A DNA stretch of 63,045 bases, filler included, from Craspedostauros australis (GCA_030167865.1; 13 parts of 13 records of this genome joined end to end with filler, not necessarily neighbours in it), one strand, 5' to 3'. Counted from the whole stretch's first letter, positions 12,763 through 26,426 are shown. Translations and numbers: made by a program. Notes: generated by a model not told the origin, from the letters alone.

Positions 12763-14347
12763 CTCAACTCAACGGGATGCGGTTGAAGAAAGGTGAGCAC
12801 CCAGACACGTTCCTAACTGAGATGGAAGTGCTGCGTAATCGCCTCGTTAGTACTGGCATCAAGATGGATATGCAACAGTACCACATGCTCGTACTCAACG
12901 CCCTCGGAAGGGAATACGAGACGGACGTCAANNNNNNGGAGCTCAAGTTCGACGGTATGGAAGACACCATGACCCTCGAAGACATCCGCGAGTCTGTCAG
13001 TGCCACCTACGACGGCCGACACCTCAAGCTTGGGGGCAACAGACGTGAGAGCAACAGCAACCAGGAAGAGACTGCATTCGCTGCAGTGGGAGGTTTCAAA
13101 GGTCACTGCCGCAACTGTGGCGCCTACGGTCACAAGAAGGCAGACTGTCGCTCCGCCCCCAAGAAAGGCAATGGCAAGAACAAGAAGAATGGCCAAGGAG
13201 ACAATAACAGCAAACCCAGGTTCAATGGGGAGTGTAAGTACTGCGGTAAGAAGGGACACAAGATCCTACAGTGCTTCAAGCTGAAGGCAGCCATGAAGGA
13301 GGCAGACTCGGCTAATGTGGCGACTGATGGGATGGAAGGAAATAACAACGTGGCTCTTGTAATGACAGACGAGCTAATTTGTGTGCCCACCTTGGGAAAC
13401 ACGAACGAATTGGAAAATGTGACCAATTTGTCTGTGAACACAGGCGAGGGGAAAACACGCGACAACGACAGCAACTACCAAGCTGACTCCAAAGTAATGG
13501 AGGACGTCGCCTTTGCAGCCATCATCGAACAGACTGACACATCTCCCATTCTTTCTTTGAGACCACACAACGTCAACAACAAGATGAGCAACTCCAACCA
13601 AGGACAGGAGTCCTACTACGACGCAAGCCTCACCAACGAAGGGGCCACGGACACCGAAGATGTCGATGATGACATGGGCGGAGCCAACCAAGAGGGTACG
13701 GCCCGCCGCCCGGTGTACAACTTCGCTCCTGAGCTCTCTCGTGTGGACCGCATGATTGAGAACTCCTCACAGCTCACCACCAACACAGCGTGGTGCCCTC
13801 TGTGCCTCAAGCGAGGACCACTCTACGCATGGTGCGTGGAATGCCTGGAGGTTCCCTTCTTCATCCAACTCCACACCAACCCAAGCGGAGATGTGCCTAC
13901 CAACGACGAGGAACGCGCAGAACGCCGCGCCATACTCGCAGGAGCTGGTTCCCTCCGCCACGCTATCCGAGCGTCGCTGAGCAACGTGCTCCCGGCCAAT
14001 GATGTGCGATCTGAACTGGCCTTATTGTGTTACGATGCTGTGGATACCCACACAGGGGACCACACTCCACAAATTGAGCCGCGCTCCGTGTACTTCAAGC
14101 TACATGAGATAGGAATGATCAACACGGTGAGCGTCTGTCGCAACCCCTGCAACATCAACAACAGTTTGGAGTCTCGCCACCTCCAACCTTTCCCCAGCGA
14201 CCTGCTCTCGTGCATGACTCTCCACGCTACGCACTCCATCCTTTGGATGTATCATGAAAGCGACAAGGGGGTTCGAGACTCAAGGGCGGAGCTCTCGGTG
14301 TTACCGCTCTTCTCGGAACACGGTGAAGACCACGAGGTGGCTATGGT
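12763..14347 (+). mobile_element. Copia-type gag fragment with two CCHC zinc knuckles and a long C-terminal extension
   Basis: HPDTFLTEME, LNALGREYE; CRNCGAYGHKKADC and CKYCGKKGHKILQC; open across the whole contig. Confidence 0.85.
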
Positions 14348-14447
14348 NNNNNNNNNNNNNNNNNNNNNNNNNNNNNNNNNNNNNNNNNNNNTTAATTAAT
14401 TAANNNNNNNNNNNNNNNNNNNNNNNNNNNNNNNNNNNNNNNNNNNN

Positions 14448-15599
14448 AACTCCAACGTCAGGGTGCGCTCGGAAGGACGAGGTGTCGGGGATGGCACGTT
14501 GGTGAGCGTTATCGTGAACGCGCCACCCCCTACTGTGCCTGATGTTGCTCCGCCTGTCGAGCCTACCCCGCCAGCGAGGCTTCCCCGGCGCTGCAATACT
14601 GCTGTTGCTGGTGGCTATGCAGATGCCTCTGGCGATAGCGACAGCACATACAACGACAACGGCAAGAAGGAACGAGCGCGTGCCAGCAGGAACAGGAGAG
14701 GAGGTCAGTTCGGGTATGATCTGGAAGAGGCGGGAAACTGGAGGCGGCCTGCTGTGATTCGTGTGATGGAGGAGCTCACGGATCACTTCGATGTCAACAC
14801 GTTTACTTCCATGCCTCCCAAGGGATTTGTGCTTGGCTGCAATTGCGACAGGCACACATGGTGGAATGTAACACGTGTGTGGGTCAACGTGGCTTCCGCG
14901 CTCTGGGGTGTGTTGCTCCCTCAGGAGGCTCTGCCAACTCGCCAGATGCAACAGGTGGTGGAGTTTGTTCGTGCTTGCGTGGACCTGCCACCGCCTAGCC
15001 TGGGTCCAAATCTATACACCCTATGTGTGAGGGGAGAAAAGACACTGGCCAACGCTGCTAGAGCTGTGCTCGCTACATCTACGTCATTCACTAATAGCTC
15101 TGCAATTCTGTCTCGTCACATGGACAGTTTGCTGGAGGAACAACGTATTCGTGTCGAGCCCGGACGCGCTACAATGACCCGCAGTCAACTAACAACCTTG
15201 CGCCACGCCTTTGACATGTTCAGCTGTGGCAGACTCATCCCACCACGAGTTCTCCAATACCGTGTGCGTGCTTGCAACCTGTCTGGCGTAGTGTCCTTCC
15301 TCATGACAACAACAACATATAAGGCAGGGTTGAGTCACACAGTACAGTATGGCGGTGTCAATTTTGAAAATGTTCCGGTGTTCGATCGTGGAAGCACCAC
15401 CATCCGAGACTTATTCGGCATGTACTTGTCCACTACCAACAAGCCAGTGGGAAGGCCCGCCTTCACCACCATTACTAACCTACTCACACGCAAAAGCAAG
15501 ATCAAGACGGGCCTTTCTTCCTTCGAGAGTTACTTCTGGATGGCCACGGAGAAACTCAAACAGGCAATTTCGCGCCTAGTAGACCTGCTGAAGGCTAAG
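14448..15599 (+). CDS. Hypothetical protein fragment, possibly the N-terminal part of a DNA transposase
   Basis: Open over the whole 1.15-kb contig with globular composition; no motif I can assign firmly. Confidence 0.5.
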
Positions 15600-15699
15600 N
15601 NNNNNNNNNNNNNNNNNNNNNNNNNNNNNNNNNNNNNNNNNNNTTAATTAATTAANNNNNNNNNNNNNNNNNNNNNNNNNNNNNNNNNNNNNNNNNNNN

Positions 15700-15987
15700 C
15701 CTGCTGGTCATCGATGTTTCTCCTGTGACGTCGTTGTTTGGATCGTCGCGATGTCATGTTTGATGTTGGGACATCCTGTTTTTCGATGTCGTGGCTTTTC
15801 TTGTTAGAGGAGGACAGGCTTGTTTTCTTGTCAAGACTGAGATCAGTCACGTTCGTCTTGAGTCACGGGTGTGATGAATAGGACTCAAAGGTGTGATCAA
15901 CAAGAGTTGACTTCAGTCGTGATTGATANTTTTGGGAGGTGCGGCAATCATGGGTATCTTGACAAAGTCGTACCCTCGATTCCTAAC
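15700..15987. mobile_element. LTR family A partial copy
   Basis: Matches about 11700-11941 and ends gattcctaaca. Confidence 0.85.
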
Positions 15988-16144
15988 ACCCTTCCATTGT
16001 CGCATCGACAACATATCATTCTGACTTCATACTCCCTTGACTCTCATCACCATTACTTCTCTCTCTCTCACTCTTTCTTTCTTCACCTTTACTTCTCTCT
16101 CTCTCACCATCGTCATCAATCCATTGCTAACCGCAATCAGATGG

Positions 16145-16525
16145 TGTGGCTCTTGTGTTTTCAACCCGATGTTGTTCATCAGTTGAGTCTGGAAGCGGAT
16201 CTCAGTTCCAGCCTCCTATAGTGCGACGTGCTCTGCCTCCGTTGAGCTGAGTGTCACACTGTGCTGTGCCCTCGATCTCCAGATGATCGGCACTCCTTGT
16301 AGTAGGACGATATGTCCTCCCATGCTGATGCGATTGTCCTTGTTACCACCGAATTCGTTGTTGGTGTAGATCACAATCTTTCATGCATCGTTCTCCAATG
16401 GACTCGGCTTCATCTGCAGTCAATATTCTCTCGTGTGTCCGACATACACTTCATGATCCTCAGCATTTCCTTGTATGCTGCGGCTGTTGGCTCCATCCAA
16501 CACCTTGGTCAGTCCGTGCACTGCG
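16145..16525 (-). pseudogene. Copia RT-end / RNase H relic (not in the ORF track)
   Basis: Manual minus-strand translation: AAAYKEMLRIMK ... NEFGGNKDNRISMGG ... GVPIIWRSRAQHSVTLSSTEAEHVAL*, with stop and frameshift. Confidence 0.8.
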
Positions 16526-17167
16526 TCACTTGCCCATGGACTTGCTGTTCTGATCGATGTCGTCGTCTGGATGGTTGCCATGGTTGGCGCGGTATCGGGA
16601 CCTCCTGATCCGCCATAGGTGTCGTCCTTGCGTTACTGGAGGACAGGCTATCCTCCTCGCGGTAGTACAGGTGTCAATCACGTCCGTACCCTTAGTCATA
16701 GTCATAATGACATGGCATATAAAGGTGTGACAANNNNNNNNNNNNNNNNNNNNNNNNNNNNNNNNNNNNNNNNNNNNNNNNNNNNNNNNNNNNNNNNNNN
16801 NNNNNNNNNNNNNNNNNNNNNNNNNNNNNNNNNNNNNNNNNNNNNNNNNNNNNNNNNNNNNNNNNNNNNNNNNNNNNNNNNNNNNNNNTCCATGTAGAAA
16901 TTCTGTCTCAAGGTTGATAGTGGTGCTGTCCAATGTTCAGTAGCATCTTCATTGTGAGCATTCTGCGGTAGGTTGCGTCATGTATCATGGGTGTGTTGCG
17001 TTGAGGAGTCGACTCCTGCGATCTGTGAGTATCCGCATGCAATGAGTCTGGCGATGAATACGCTGTTNNNNNNNNNNNNNNNNNNNNNNNNNNNNNNNNN
17101 NNNNNNNNNNNTTAATTAATTAANNNNNNNNNNNNNNNNNNNNNNNNNNNNNNNNNNNNNNNNNNNN

Positions 17168-19211
17168 GAACAAGGCTGACACCGATGACACCCTGCCATG
17201 GGAGTCTGGCGAGCTCTCCTTCTGCATGTCCGGCGACGGTGATTGCTGGGAAAACAAGTACAAGCCATGCGTGCTCGGATCCACATGCGAGGGTGATCGG
17301 TCCGTCAAGATGTTCCAGAGCGAATTCGACAGATTGGACAAGTTCGGACCGGAGGGAGTCAAGCGAATTTCCATCGGCGTGGGCAAGGCCAGCGACAACA
17401 GCATCGGAAGCGGTCTGTACTTGATCGATAACAACCCATTGAAGAAGACCTTCCCCGACCTACTCCCACCGGTCGTCACCACCACTGATGCCCTGGCCAA
17501 CCTCCTCAGAAACTTGTGCTACGAAAACACGGCCAATCCAACCGACCTCCCATCCTCCAGCCCTACGTCGGTCCCATCCAGCACCCCGACCAACTACCCA
17601 ACGCACATGCCGACCACCACGCCAACCAGCGGACCGACCTCCACGCCCACCAGCATCCCGACTTCCGGACCAACCTCCGCACCAACAAGCAACCCAACCG
17701 AAATGCCTTCCGACCAGCCCACTGACGACCTGTGCGAGTACACCGTCCTTGACTTTGAGGGTGAGGGTGGCATGGCNCTGCCAGAGACTTGGTCCAACAC
17801 CTACGGAATGCGCATCATGTCCATGACCTCGGACGGCGCAGGCAACTTGGCCTATGTCGAAACGGATGACGTCGAGGCTGGAGTCGCCCTCGCGGTGCCA
17901 AATCCAAATTCCGTCGTCGATGAGATGAACCCAGACGGTGGATCCATCATGATCAACCAGGATCTCACCCAGGACAAGCACATGCGCCTCAGCCTGTTTG
18001 GTACGGACCAGGAATTCAAGATCATCCGCAGATCCAGAGAAACTACCGCTTCTGGTGAAGTCATCTCCACGGTTGTGTCAGTCGACGAGTACGACGCGTT
18101 CAGTGGCGTGAAGGAGTTCAAGGTTGCCGTGGATGGAATTTTCCAGATCGAGATCCAATTCGAAGGACGTGGCAGTCTCTCCAAGCTCCAGATCTGCCGC
18201 AACCCCAACAGCACCCCAGCACCATACGGCCTTGCCACCAATGGTTCCACCGACACGCCAACCACAACCCCAACATCGAGCACAACGGCTCCAACCAGCA
18301 TGCCAACGTCTGAACCAACTGCCCAAACCGACGGACCAACTAGCGGACCAACTAGCGGACCAACGAACGGACCGACCAGTGCCCCAACTAGCGGACCAAC
18401 TTCATCGCCAACTGCCAAATTGGAGGAGAAAACTTCAGAGCCAACTGTGGACTTGGAGGACGAAGACGAGGGCGAATGCCCACCTGCTGTCAAAGTCCAC
18501 AGCAGCAGAGGAAAGACCCCATTCCGGAAAACCCCGATCGATGTCGTCTCGTTTGATGGCACCACCGTCACCTTCAAGGTGAAGCAGACCTGGGCGGAGA
18601 CGGCGGGGTACATGTACACAGATTACCACTCATCTCTTTTTGACAGCGAGTGCGTGTTGTTGGAAGATGTCGACTATAACGCCGGCGAGATCTTCACAGC
18701 CACCTGCATGGAATCAACCAACGTCGCAGTTGTGGACATCTTCGTCTCCGACCCAGTCTTCGACAAGGTCCTCGACAACGCAAACGTTCCAAAGTGCTGC
18801 CAGAAGCCGGCCGATGCCAACTACCCCACCATCCAGTACACATTCGAGATCAAGTGCAACGACCCATGCCCAGCCGCGGGACGCAGATTGTCCGAAGTGG
18901 ACGATGAGGATGACGAAGTCAGTGGCGGATACGCCAAGAAGACGGTTTCCAAGCACGCAACCGAGATGATGACCGACGCCGCCAATAGCACGGCCAACGA
19001 TCACTACTGCAACCCAAGCGAGCACCCATGCGGAGATAACCCGAACATGGTCAACATGTGCCATTACTCCTCCAAGAATGGATACCAGACCTTCTGCGTG
19101 GCTGCGGCCGATTCCGACATCGTCGCATACTATCCGAACGACTCCTGCGGACGTTGCGCACCGGAGCTTGTCGAGAAGAAGGCCGCCGTCGATGGCGCGG
19201 TCACCAAGTAA
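17168..19211 (+). CDS. Secreted mucin-like Pro/Thr/Ser-repeat protein with Cys-rich domains (5' truncated by gap)
   Basis: Two PT(S/T)x repeat stalks; Cys-rich modules (PIDVVSFDGTTVTFKVKQTW...VPKCC; MCHYSSKNGYQTFCV...CGRC); RRL motif at 18882-18890. Confidence 0.8.
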
Positions 19212-20187
19212 GCGATGACCTGCGTGCACAACCCGATGCACGGAGATGCCGATCTTGCGGCATATCTTTCACATTGGAGAGTGCATATGTAAGCACGCAA
19301 AGATGGCCTGCTCATACGAGTGGACTTGAGCCAACGGATCAGAGAAACAGCCACACCAAATCAAGTCAAATCAAACCACACGATTGTTCCCAATCGCATC
19401 AACGACGATCGTTGAATCGATGAACAAATGCACACAAACAAGCAAATAGAAGAGAAAAAGAGAAAGAGGGAAAGAGGGAAGCACAGAGCGACATCGTCGA
19501 CCTTGGGCTACGATACCATACATAGACAAGATAATAAACCAACCAAGTAAAAACAAACACAGAAACGAAACGAAGTCAACTCGATTTCTTGATCCACAAC
19601 ATGAAAGTTTTTGGATGGAATAGAATAGATTGAGGGAGATGAAGGAGGAGATGCAATGGTTGGTTGGTGCGATGGGGACATTAGAATAGAGTGCAGTAAA
19701 ATAAAGTGCAATAGAGTGCAATAGAGTATAGTATAGTAGAGTAGTGCCGTCACTGTCCATGACCAACAAACAGGGGTGGAGCGATGTCCTGTCATCGTGG
19801 ACATGTATAGATTGTCTATACCCGTCTGTACGACACCCGGCTACAGACACGAACGTGAATGCAAACAATGGAAGAGAAGTTCAAAAATAGGCACGCGCCA
19901 AACACGAGCAAGACTGTGGATGGCACCCACCAACACACGCAAACGCAACACCACAACAACGCAACAGATCATAGCACAAACGCTCGCAGACAAGCACTCT
20001 CTTCCAACACTGTGGGAAGACTGACCATCACCAAAGATCCAGGATCTCCGCAAGATCCTTGCACGACCACAAGCACCATAGAATACGTTTGTGTGAGTCG
20101 TCGCACACCCATCCAAACAGGCACTCAAGAAGCCACCGAAGCAGCCCCCCAAAGAGCCACTCAGGCTGAGACGCTGATCGGCGAAAG

Positions 20188-23036
20188 ATGCAGCCAAGAA
20201 GACCTCCCACATTCGCTTGGGATCCGTCGGCGCCTTCCAAGTTGACCATCCCCAAGGCAGCAGCATCGTCGCCTGCCTTCGCAGCAACGCCCCAGAGCGG
20301 AGACGCAAGCAACGGCGGCTTCCAGATCGACCACTTCCACGCTCACGACGGCGTGGGCTGCAACGAGCATGAGACGACCGCGCTGATCGAGATCCTGGAG
20401 GCGCAGCAGGACCACTGCTCGCCCCGCACCGCGCCTCTGCAGCCACCCGGCAGCCTCAAGTCGCTCAAGCAGCTGTCCAAGCAGTACTGCATCTCCCTCT
20501 TCCTGTGCCTGCAGGCCTGGGAGCAGAGCCAGCTGCAGGACGCCGCCAAGCGCCCGTCGCCCAATGACAGGAACAACGCGGAGCTGCTCAAGCTCTCGTT
20601 CGCCGTCATCCACCTGTCGCAGACCTTCATCTTGCGCCCCGAGGTCACGGAGCAGTTCGTGGACTACGACGATCTGTCCGAGGCGCAGGGGGCCGCCACG
20701 GCCGACACCGTGCGGTACTTGCGGCTGCACCATCTGGCCGATGCTCTGGCGGACGCGGCGTCGCCCGAGGATGTGCAGCAGGTCCTGCAGTCCATGCACC
20801 CCGATCAGGTGGGCAGCAACGGCGCGGTGTACTGGACCATCATAGAGAAGCTGGCCTTGCGCGGCTGCTTGGATGAGGTGTGGGCCTTGCTGTCGCAGCA
20901 CTCCCTCTGCAAGCAATGTTACAACGAGGACATCGAGGCGCTGGACGACATGCACACTCGCTCGTTGGCGATCGACCGCGAGAACTTCCACACGTTGCGC
21001 CAGATCCTGCTGTCGGCGCCGTTGCCCGGTGGGAGAGATGAAACGAGGGATGTCGGTGTCAAGTTGCCCTCCTCGAACGGCGAATTAGACGACGACGACG
21101 ATGATGATGAAGATGATGGCGAGCATGGTGACTTGCACAATGGCATCCCGCGTTCCGCATACAAGCTCTGGGAGACGGATGCCGAGATTCGGGAGGCCAG
21201 CGGCTTTCCACAGCAGTTCAACGAGCTCACAGCGGATGACACCTACAAAACATGGAAGAATCTCATTGTCGCGTGCAACGCCTCCCTCACGCAGCTCTGC
21301 CGACGCATTCCGCAGCTCACCAAGCTCATCAAGATCCTCGTGGGGGACTTCCACAACGTCACCTTCCAATCTTGGGCGGAGGCTTTGCTGGCGGAGTTGC
21401 TCTACGTTCGTCCCACGATGCGACCCAAGGATATTCACGTCCGAGCGCACCTGGCCATGCAGCAGATGGGCGACGACCCAAACGGTGTCACGCAGAGCCT
21501 CGTCCTCAGCATCATGAAGGGCAATGCCAATCGTGTCATCGAGGTCCTCTATCAATCGGGTGGTGCCAGCGGCGCGGCCTTGCCCGCAACTATGGTGAGT
21601 CAGCCTGTTCAAATCTGTTGTGCATGGTGGCGTGCCACGATGTCCTGTCGTGTTACACTTTGCGAAAAGGGAGTTGGATTGCGTTGGCTTCAGTTGAGTG
21701 GGAGTGCGACTGGTTTATTCTCACTCTGTTTTCTCAATTGCCACGTCCCACGTCCCAATCGCATCACACTGCAATACAATGCAATATGATACAATGCAAT
21801 CCACTGCAACGACTGCTCTACTTAAACTGTGTTCCATTCCTTCATACTCAGACCGCGCTTGTGCATCAATTGTTCGCCGAGGCAAATATCATCAACCTTC
21901 CGACGCATCACTCCTCTTTTGGCACGGAACTGTTGGGACACGCGGCCAACGCCGTGCTGTCTTCGTTTGCGCACGAGGACCGTCCAGATCTCGGCATGCG
22001 TCTTGCAACCCAGCTGCTCACCCCGCATATTTCACCAGACTCGGATCCCAAGCTGTCGTCCATCCTTGGCCAATTGCTAGAGCGCTATGCACCATCCAGT
22101 GATGCGGATGCGCAAGCCGTGCTGAGCTTGTGCAGCAGATTGACCGCGCGCAAGAACATTCCGCTCGTCGATGGTTGCGCCCGCATCGTGCTGTCACGCT
22201 ACCGATTCTACCAATCCGATGATCGTCCTGGCGGGGCTGCGTATTGGCTCATGAAGGGCGTCGAGCTGGAATCCACCCTGCTCACCCGCACCGTCAATGA
22301 ACCCTGGCAGCAGAAGGAGGCCACGCGCAGCTGCTACGCCATCTTGACAGAGCAATGCTTCCAGCTCTCGCAACAATTCCTGAAGGCGCTGCTGGGGGAT
22401 GGCGCAGGCATCGCCGTCCTCTTCGAAAAAGCAAAGGAGATCGTGCAGTCGCTATCTGAATTCGAGCTCGCTCCTTCCATCGAGGCGTTCACGGTGCTGG
22501 GGCACCTTGTTGCCATGGGAGAAGCCTTGACGGAGGGCAGCGATCCGACCAAGTGCGCCAGCAGCATCATCGCATGCTTGGAAGAAACGCCGCGCAAGGA
22601 AGATGATGAAGCGGTTGCCACATTGGCACCCAGGCCTCTGCATTGCGATTTGCTGCGTCTGGCCGTCAAGATCATCGAGCAGGACATGATCCGCAGCAGC
22701 ATCATCATCGCGGGGGATGACAACGTCGTGGTCTCATCCTTCGATGTGCGCGGCGTGCAGGTGCTCTTGGAGCGGTACGCCATCCACATGGCACGATCAG
22801 ATATGCACAAGCCATCTACGTCCGAGAACAAAGAGGAAGACGAGATGGAGGCCATGAGAGAGCCACTGGCGAATGCGTTGTCCCGTGCTTTCGTCGCGGA
22901 GAATGCCAAGAAGAAGCCGCATTTGGTGGAGGGCGGAGTTTCCGATCCAGTATCCGTGGCCATCCCGACCAAGGATCTGCACAAGTTCAGCAAGACAAGA
23001 CAGGAACGATCCGTGGCAGCAATGCTAGACTTTTGA
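20188..23036 (+). CDS. NUP85: Nucleoporin Nup85-like; exons 20188-21594 and 21852-23036
   Basis: YWTIIEKLALRGCLDEVWALL and SWAEALLAELLYVRP resemble Nup85; phase-0 intron GTGAGT (21595)...CAG (21851) joins the two long ORFs in frame. Confidence 0.75.
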
Positions 23037-23171
23037 ATTCACAACAACAACTACGACCACAGCATTCATCATGATGATGACACATGGGCTGTTGTGCGTA
23101 TACCTCTTTATCTGTTATTGTATTGAGCTTCTAAAGGTCATTGATGTCTGTGGGAACAAAAAGATCTCGCC

Positions 23172-23728
23172 TTAATCGCCCTTCTTGACGGTGACGATGA
23201 GCGGTCCGACGTTGTCGCCTGTACGGGAGTGGAGTGGAGCGATGATGGTTGTTGTCGTCGTCGTTGTTGTTGTTGAGACACGGCAAGAGTGGATCAAGAT
23301 GAAGGCAAGACAAGACAGTGTGAGAGTCAATCGCACATGTCGGTACACGCATACTTGTGACCGGCCTTCGCATCATTATCGGTAGTTCACACACATCAAC
23401 AGAGACTTGATGGCACAGGAAACGCCTCCACTCCGAATCCTTCTTTGCTATGATACAACTCACCGGTGGCTTCGTTGTGCTTGGCGTGAGAACCGTTGCA
23501 GAGCGGGAAGGTGTCGCTCAACCAGCATCTGCAGTAGACCTTCTTGCCCTTCTCCAGGGTCTCCATGTTGACGACCTTGTCGGAATCCAGATCGATCTTG
23601 GTGTTGATCTTGACGCCTTCGTCTTCGGCAAAGAGGGCGCTGGACTGTCGGACACCGGCGGTGTTGCCAACGGTGAATGCGGATGCTGGGACGGCAAGGG
23701 CGGCGGCGGCGATGATGGAGAGCTTCAT
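23172..23728 (-). CDS. Plastid-targeted CDGSH/NEET 2Fe-2S protein; exons 23728-23464 and 23218-23172
   Basis: Signal peptide plus [25 protein letters not shown]; the intron GTGAG...CAG restores the conserved [11 protein letters not shown]-terminus. Confidence 0.92.
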
Positions 23729-24589
23729 GATGGAATTGATGGGCGTAAGAGGGCTTGTGGAATTGGATGTACGAGTCAGAGAAGAATAGAGTTGCTGGTT
23801 GTTTTGTGTGATGCTGCAGGCGGTCTGGAGCGATGTCTGTCTCCTGTCCCTGATGGCGTTACTGATAGATCGTACCGTTGCTGTTACACTGTTGGTAGTG
23901 CCTGTTCATGATGGCTGTTCGTTCTGCGCATTGATGGGTTGCAGAAGATCGCAGAATCGTTGACACCGCGTTGCTGGAAGCTCGATCTTCTTGATGTTCG
24001 GATCGGCCATTTTTGTCATTGTTGGTCAAGGTTGGACTTGTGAATGAGACGACTCAACATACGGTACTGACTGTCAAGTACTCCATCCATTTCGCTCAAC
24101 AGAATACGATTAACGAACAGGATGTTCGCAACCCGTATTTGACTGATGCGACCTGACTCATTGCCGCTGTTCTCGTTTCGCGCCACCACGCAAGAATTTG
24201 CTTCTTCCAATCCGAACAACAGGTCAACGAACAAACGCAGAATCATTCGGTTTCTCGGCATCTTGTTCTTCTCCGTCGGTAAACGCTATTTCAACTTGTG
24301 GACGTCAGCACCATGATGATCGCACCATGCTGCCTCATCGTATTTATTGAGGGTGTGGACGGCAAGGAGGTGGTGATGCAGAAAGCGAGCTTCGAACTCA
24401 CATTCATCAATCTTCATTCATCAATCTTCATTCATCCATACATACCCACATTGACATCCTGACACACAAACCGATCCACGTCAAACAGATCCACTTCCAA
24501 GTACAAGAGCTTGCGCCACACGAGGAGGTCATCCAACGAGCATAATTCTGTGCAGAACATTGTTGACAACATCAAATTTACAGAGCATC

Positions 24590-26426
24590 ATGAAATTCAA
24601 CGGCGTTGCGTTGGCGTTGTGCCTGACTTGGCCGATTGCCGAAGGTCTGGTATCTCCCTCCATCAGCCAGCAGAGACGATTCTCACGCCATGGAGATGTT
24701 GAGCAGCAGCACCAGCTATCGATGCAGAGAAGAATCGCGTCACCTACAGCCGCATTTGCCAACGGCAACGACAGCGACAATGACGGAGCGCTGGGTGAAG
24801 CAATCACGCGGATGGGTGGCAAAAGCGGACCCACCGTGTGGACGGAATTCGCACGCATCGGCCAGGAGCACAACCCCGTCAACCTGGGGCAAGGCTACCC
24901 CGATTGGCTGCCACCGCAGTTCGCCTTGGACAGCCTGGTCGAGGCGGTGCAGGATTCTGCGCAATCTCCGCATCAGTACACGAGGCCTGGTGGTCATCCC
25001 AATCTTGTGAAGCAACTGGCTCGTCGGTATTCCATCCATTTGCAACGCGAGGTGTTGCCGATGCAGGAGGTTGCCGTCACGGTTGGGGCCACTCAGGCAC
25101 TGTTCATGAGTTTGCAAACCGTCATTCAACCAGGTATGTCGCACAGCGTCATGTATTGGTACACATGTTCGGCGCTGAGAATGGCTGCCGCTGCACCATG
25201 CATCTACTACTTCGTGCACTTCATACTCAAAGCACCATCGCACCCCTTTCACTTGCTCACATCACTACATGTCACTTCGCACCACATCACATCACCACAA
25301 CACCATTACAGGCGACGAGGTCATTCTCTTTGATCCATTCTTCGATCTCTACGTCAACCAGGTGAAGTTGGCAGGTGGCACGCCAGTCTTTGTTCCCCTC
25401 ACTTTTGTTCCGTACAACAACGACAGCGAGAGCTATGATGGTGACGATGACACAATCACTGGCGGAGAATGGGTGCTGGAACGATCGGAATTGGAAAAGA
25501 AAATCACATCCAAAACCAAGGCCATCGTTTTGAATTCACCGCACAATCCGACCGGGAAGATGTTCACAAGGAAGGAAATGATGATACTGGCAGAAAGCTT
25601 GGAGGCTTTGGCACCCTCCAATTGTATCGTGTTGTCTGATGAGGTGTACAAGTACATCGTGCATTCGCCGCCCAAGGAAGATGAGGAATCCACCTCTGCC
25701 CTGTGCAAGGGGCACACCCACTTTGCCGCGCTGCCGAACATGTGGGACCGCACAATCACGATATCATCTGCCGGCAAAACATTCTCCGCCACGGGCTGGC
25801 AGGTCGGCTGGTGCATCGGACCTGAACGTCTCATTGCGCCGATCCATCAGCTGCTGCCGTACGTCCAATTCTGCGCATCGACCGTCATTCAGGAAGCCTT
25901 GGCGCGATCCCTGCCGCGCGCTGACAACGAATACCTCGGCTACGACTCGTACTACCACTACCTCAATGCGACATACACCCGCAAACGTGATTTGCTGGTC
26001 GCAGCACTCACGCAGGCTGGATTTGCCGTGCCGGACTATGACCGCACACCAGGCGGCGGATTCTTCATCTTCGCCCGCGCCGGAAAGGAAATCGTGGACC
26101 AAATTCCACCATCCTACATCATGGCGCCGAACGATGCGGCGCCGGGTGGTGTGGCGCGTCAGGACTGGGCCCTCTGCCAGTGGCTAGCGGAGGAAGTCGG
26201 GTTGCTGTGCATCCCGTCAAGTCCCTTCTTCTCGCCGGAGCGGGCGCAGGCCGGAGATTCCGATAGCTTCATCCGAATTGCATTCTGCAAGGAGGATGAG
26301 ACTATCCAAGCGGCAGCGAAGGTCTTGCAGAAATTGCGACTTAGCAAGGAGGATGGTGCCGGTGCTCGTGTGGAAATTCACGAGGGGGCAGTTGCGGAGG
26401 ATATCAGCGTGCCTACCAGCAGATAG
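24590..26426 (+). CDS. PLP-dependent class I/II aminotransferase, kynurenine/glutamine transaminase-like; exons 24590-25133 and 25312-26426
   Basis: NLGQGYPD, HQYTRPGGHPNL, VLNSPHNPTGK, SDEVY, SAGKTFSATGW, IRIAFCK; intron joins QPG-DEVILFDPF; N-terminal signal peptide. Confidence 0.92.

Noticed and set aside
21595..21851. Two overlapping separate genes or a programmed frameshift
   Set aside because: Explained by a canonical GT-AG intron; the same holds for the splits at 25134 and 31608
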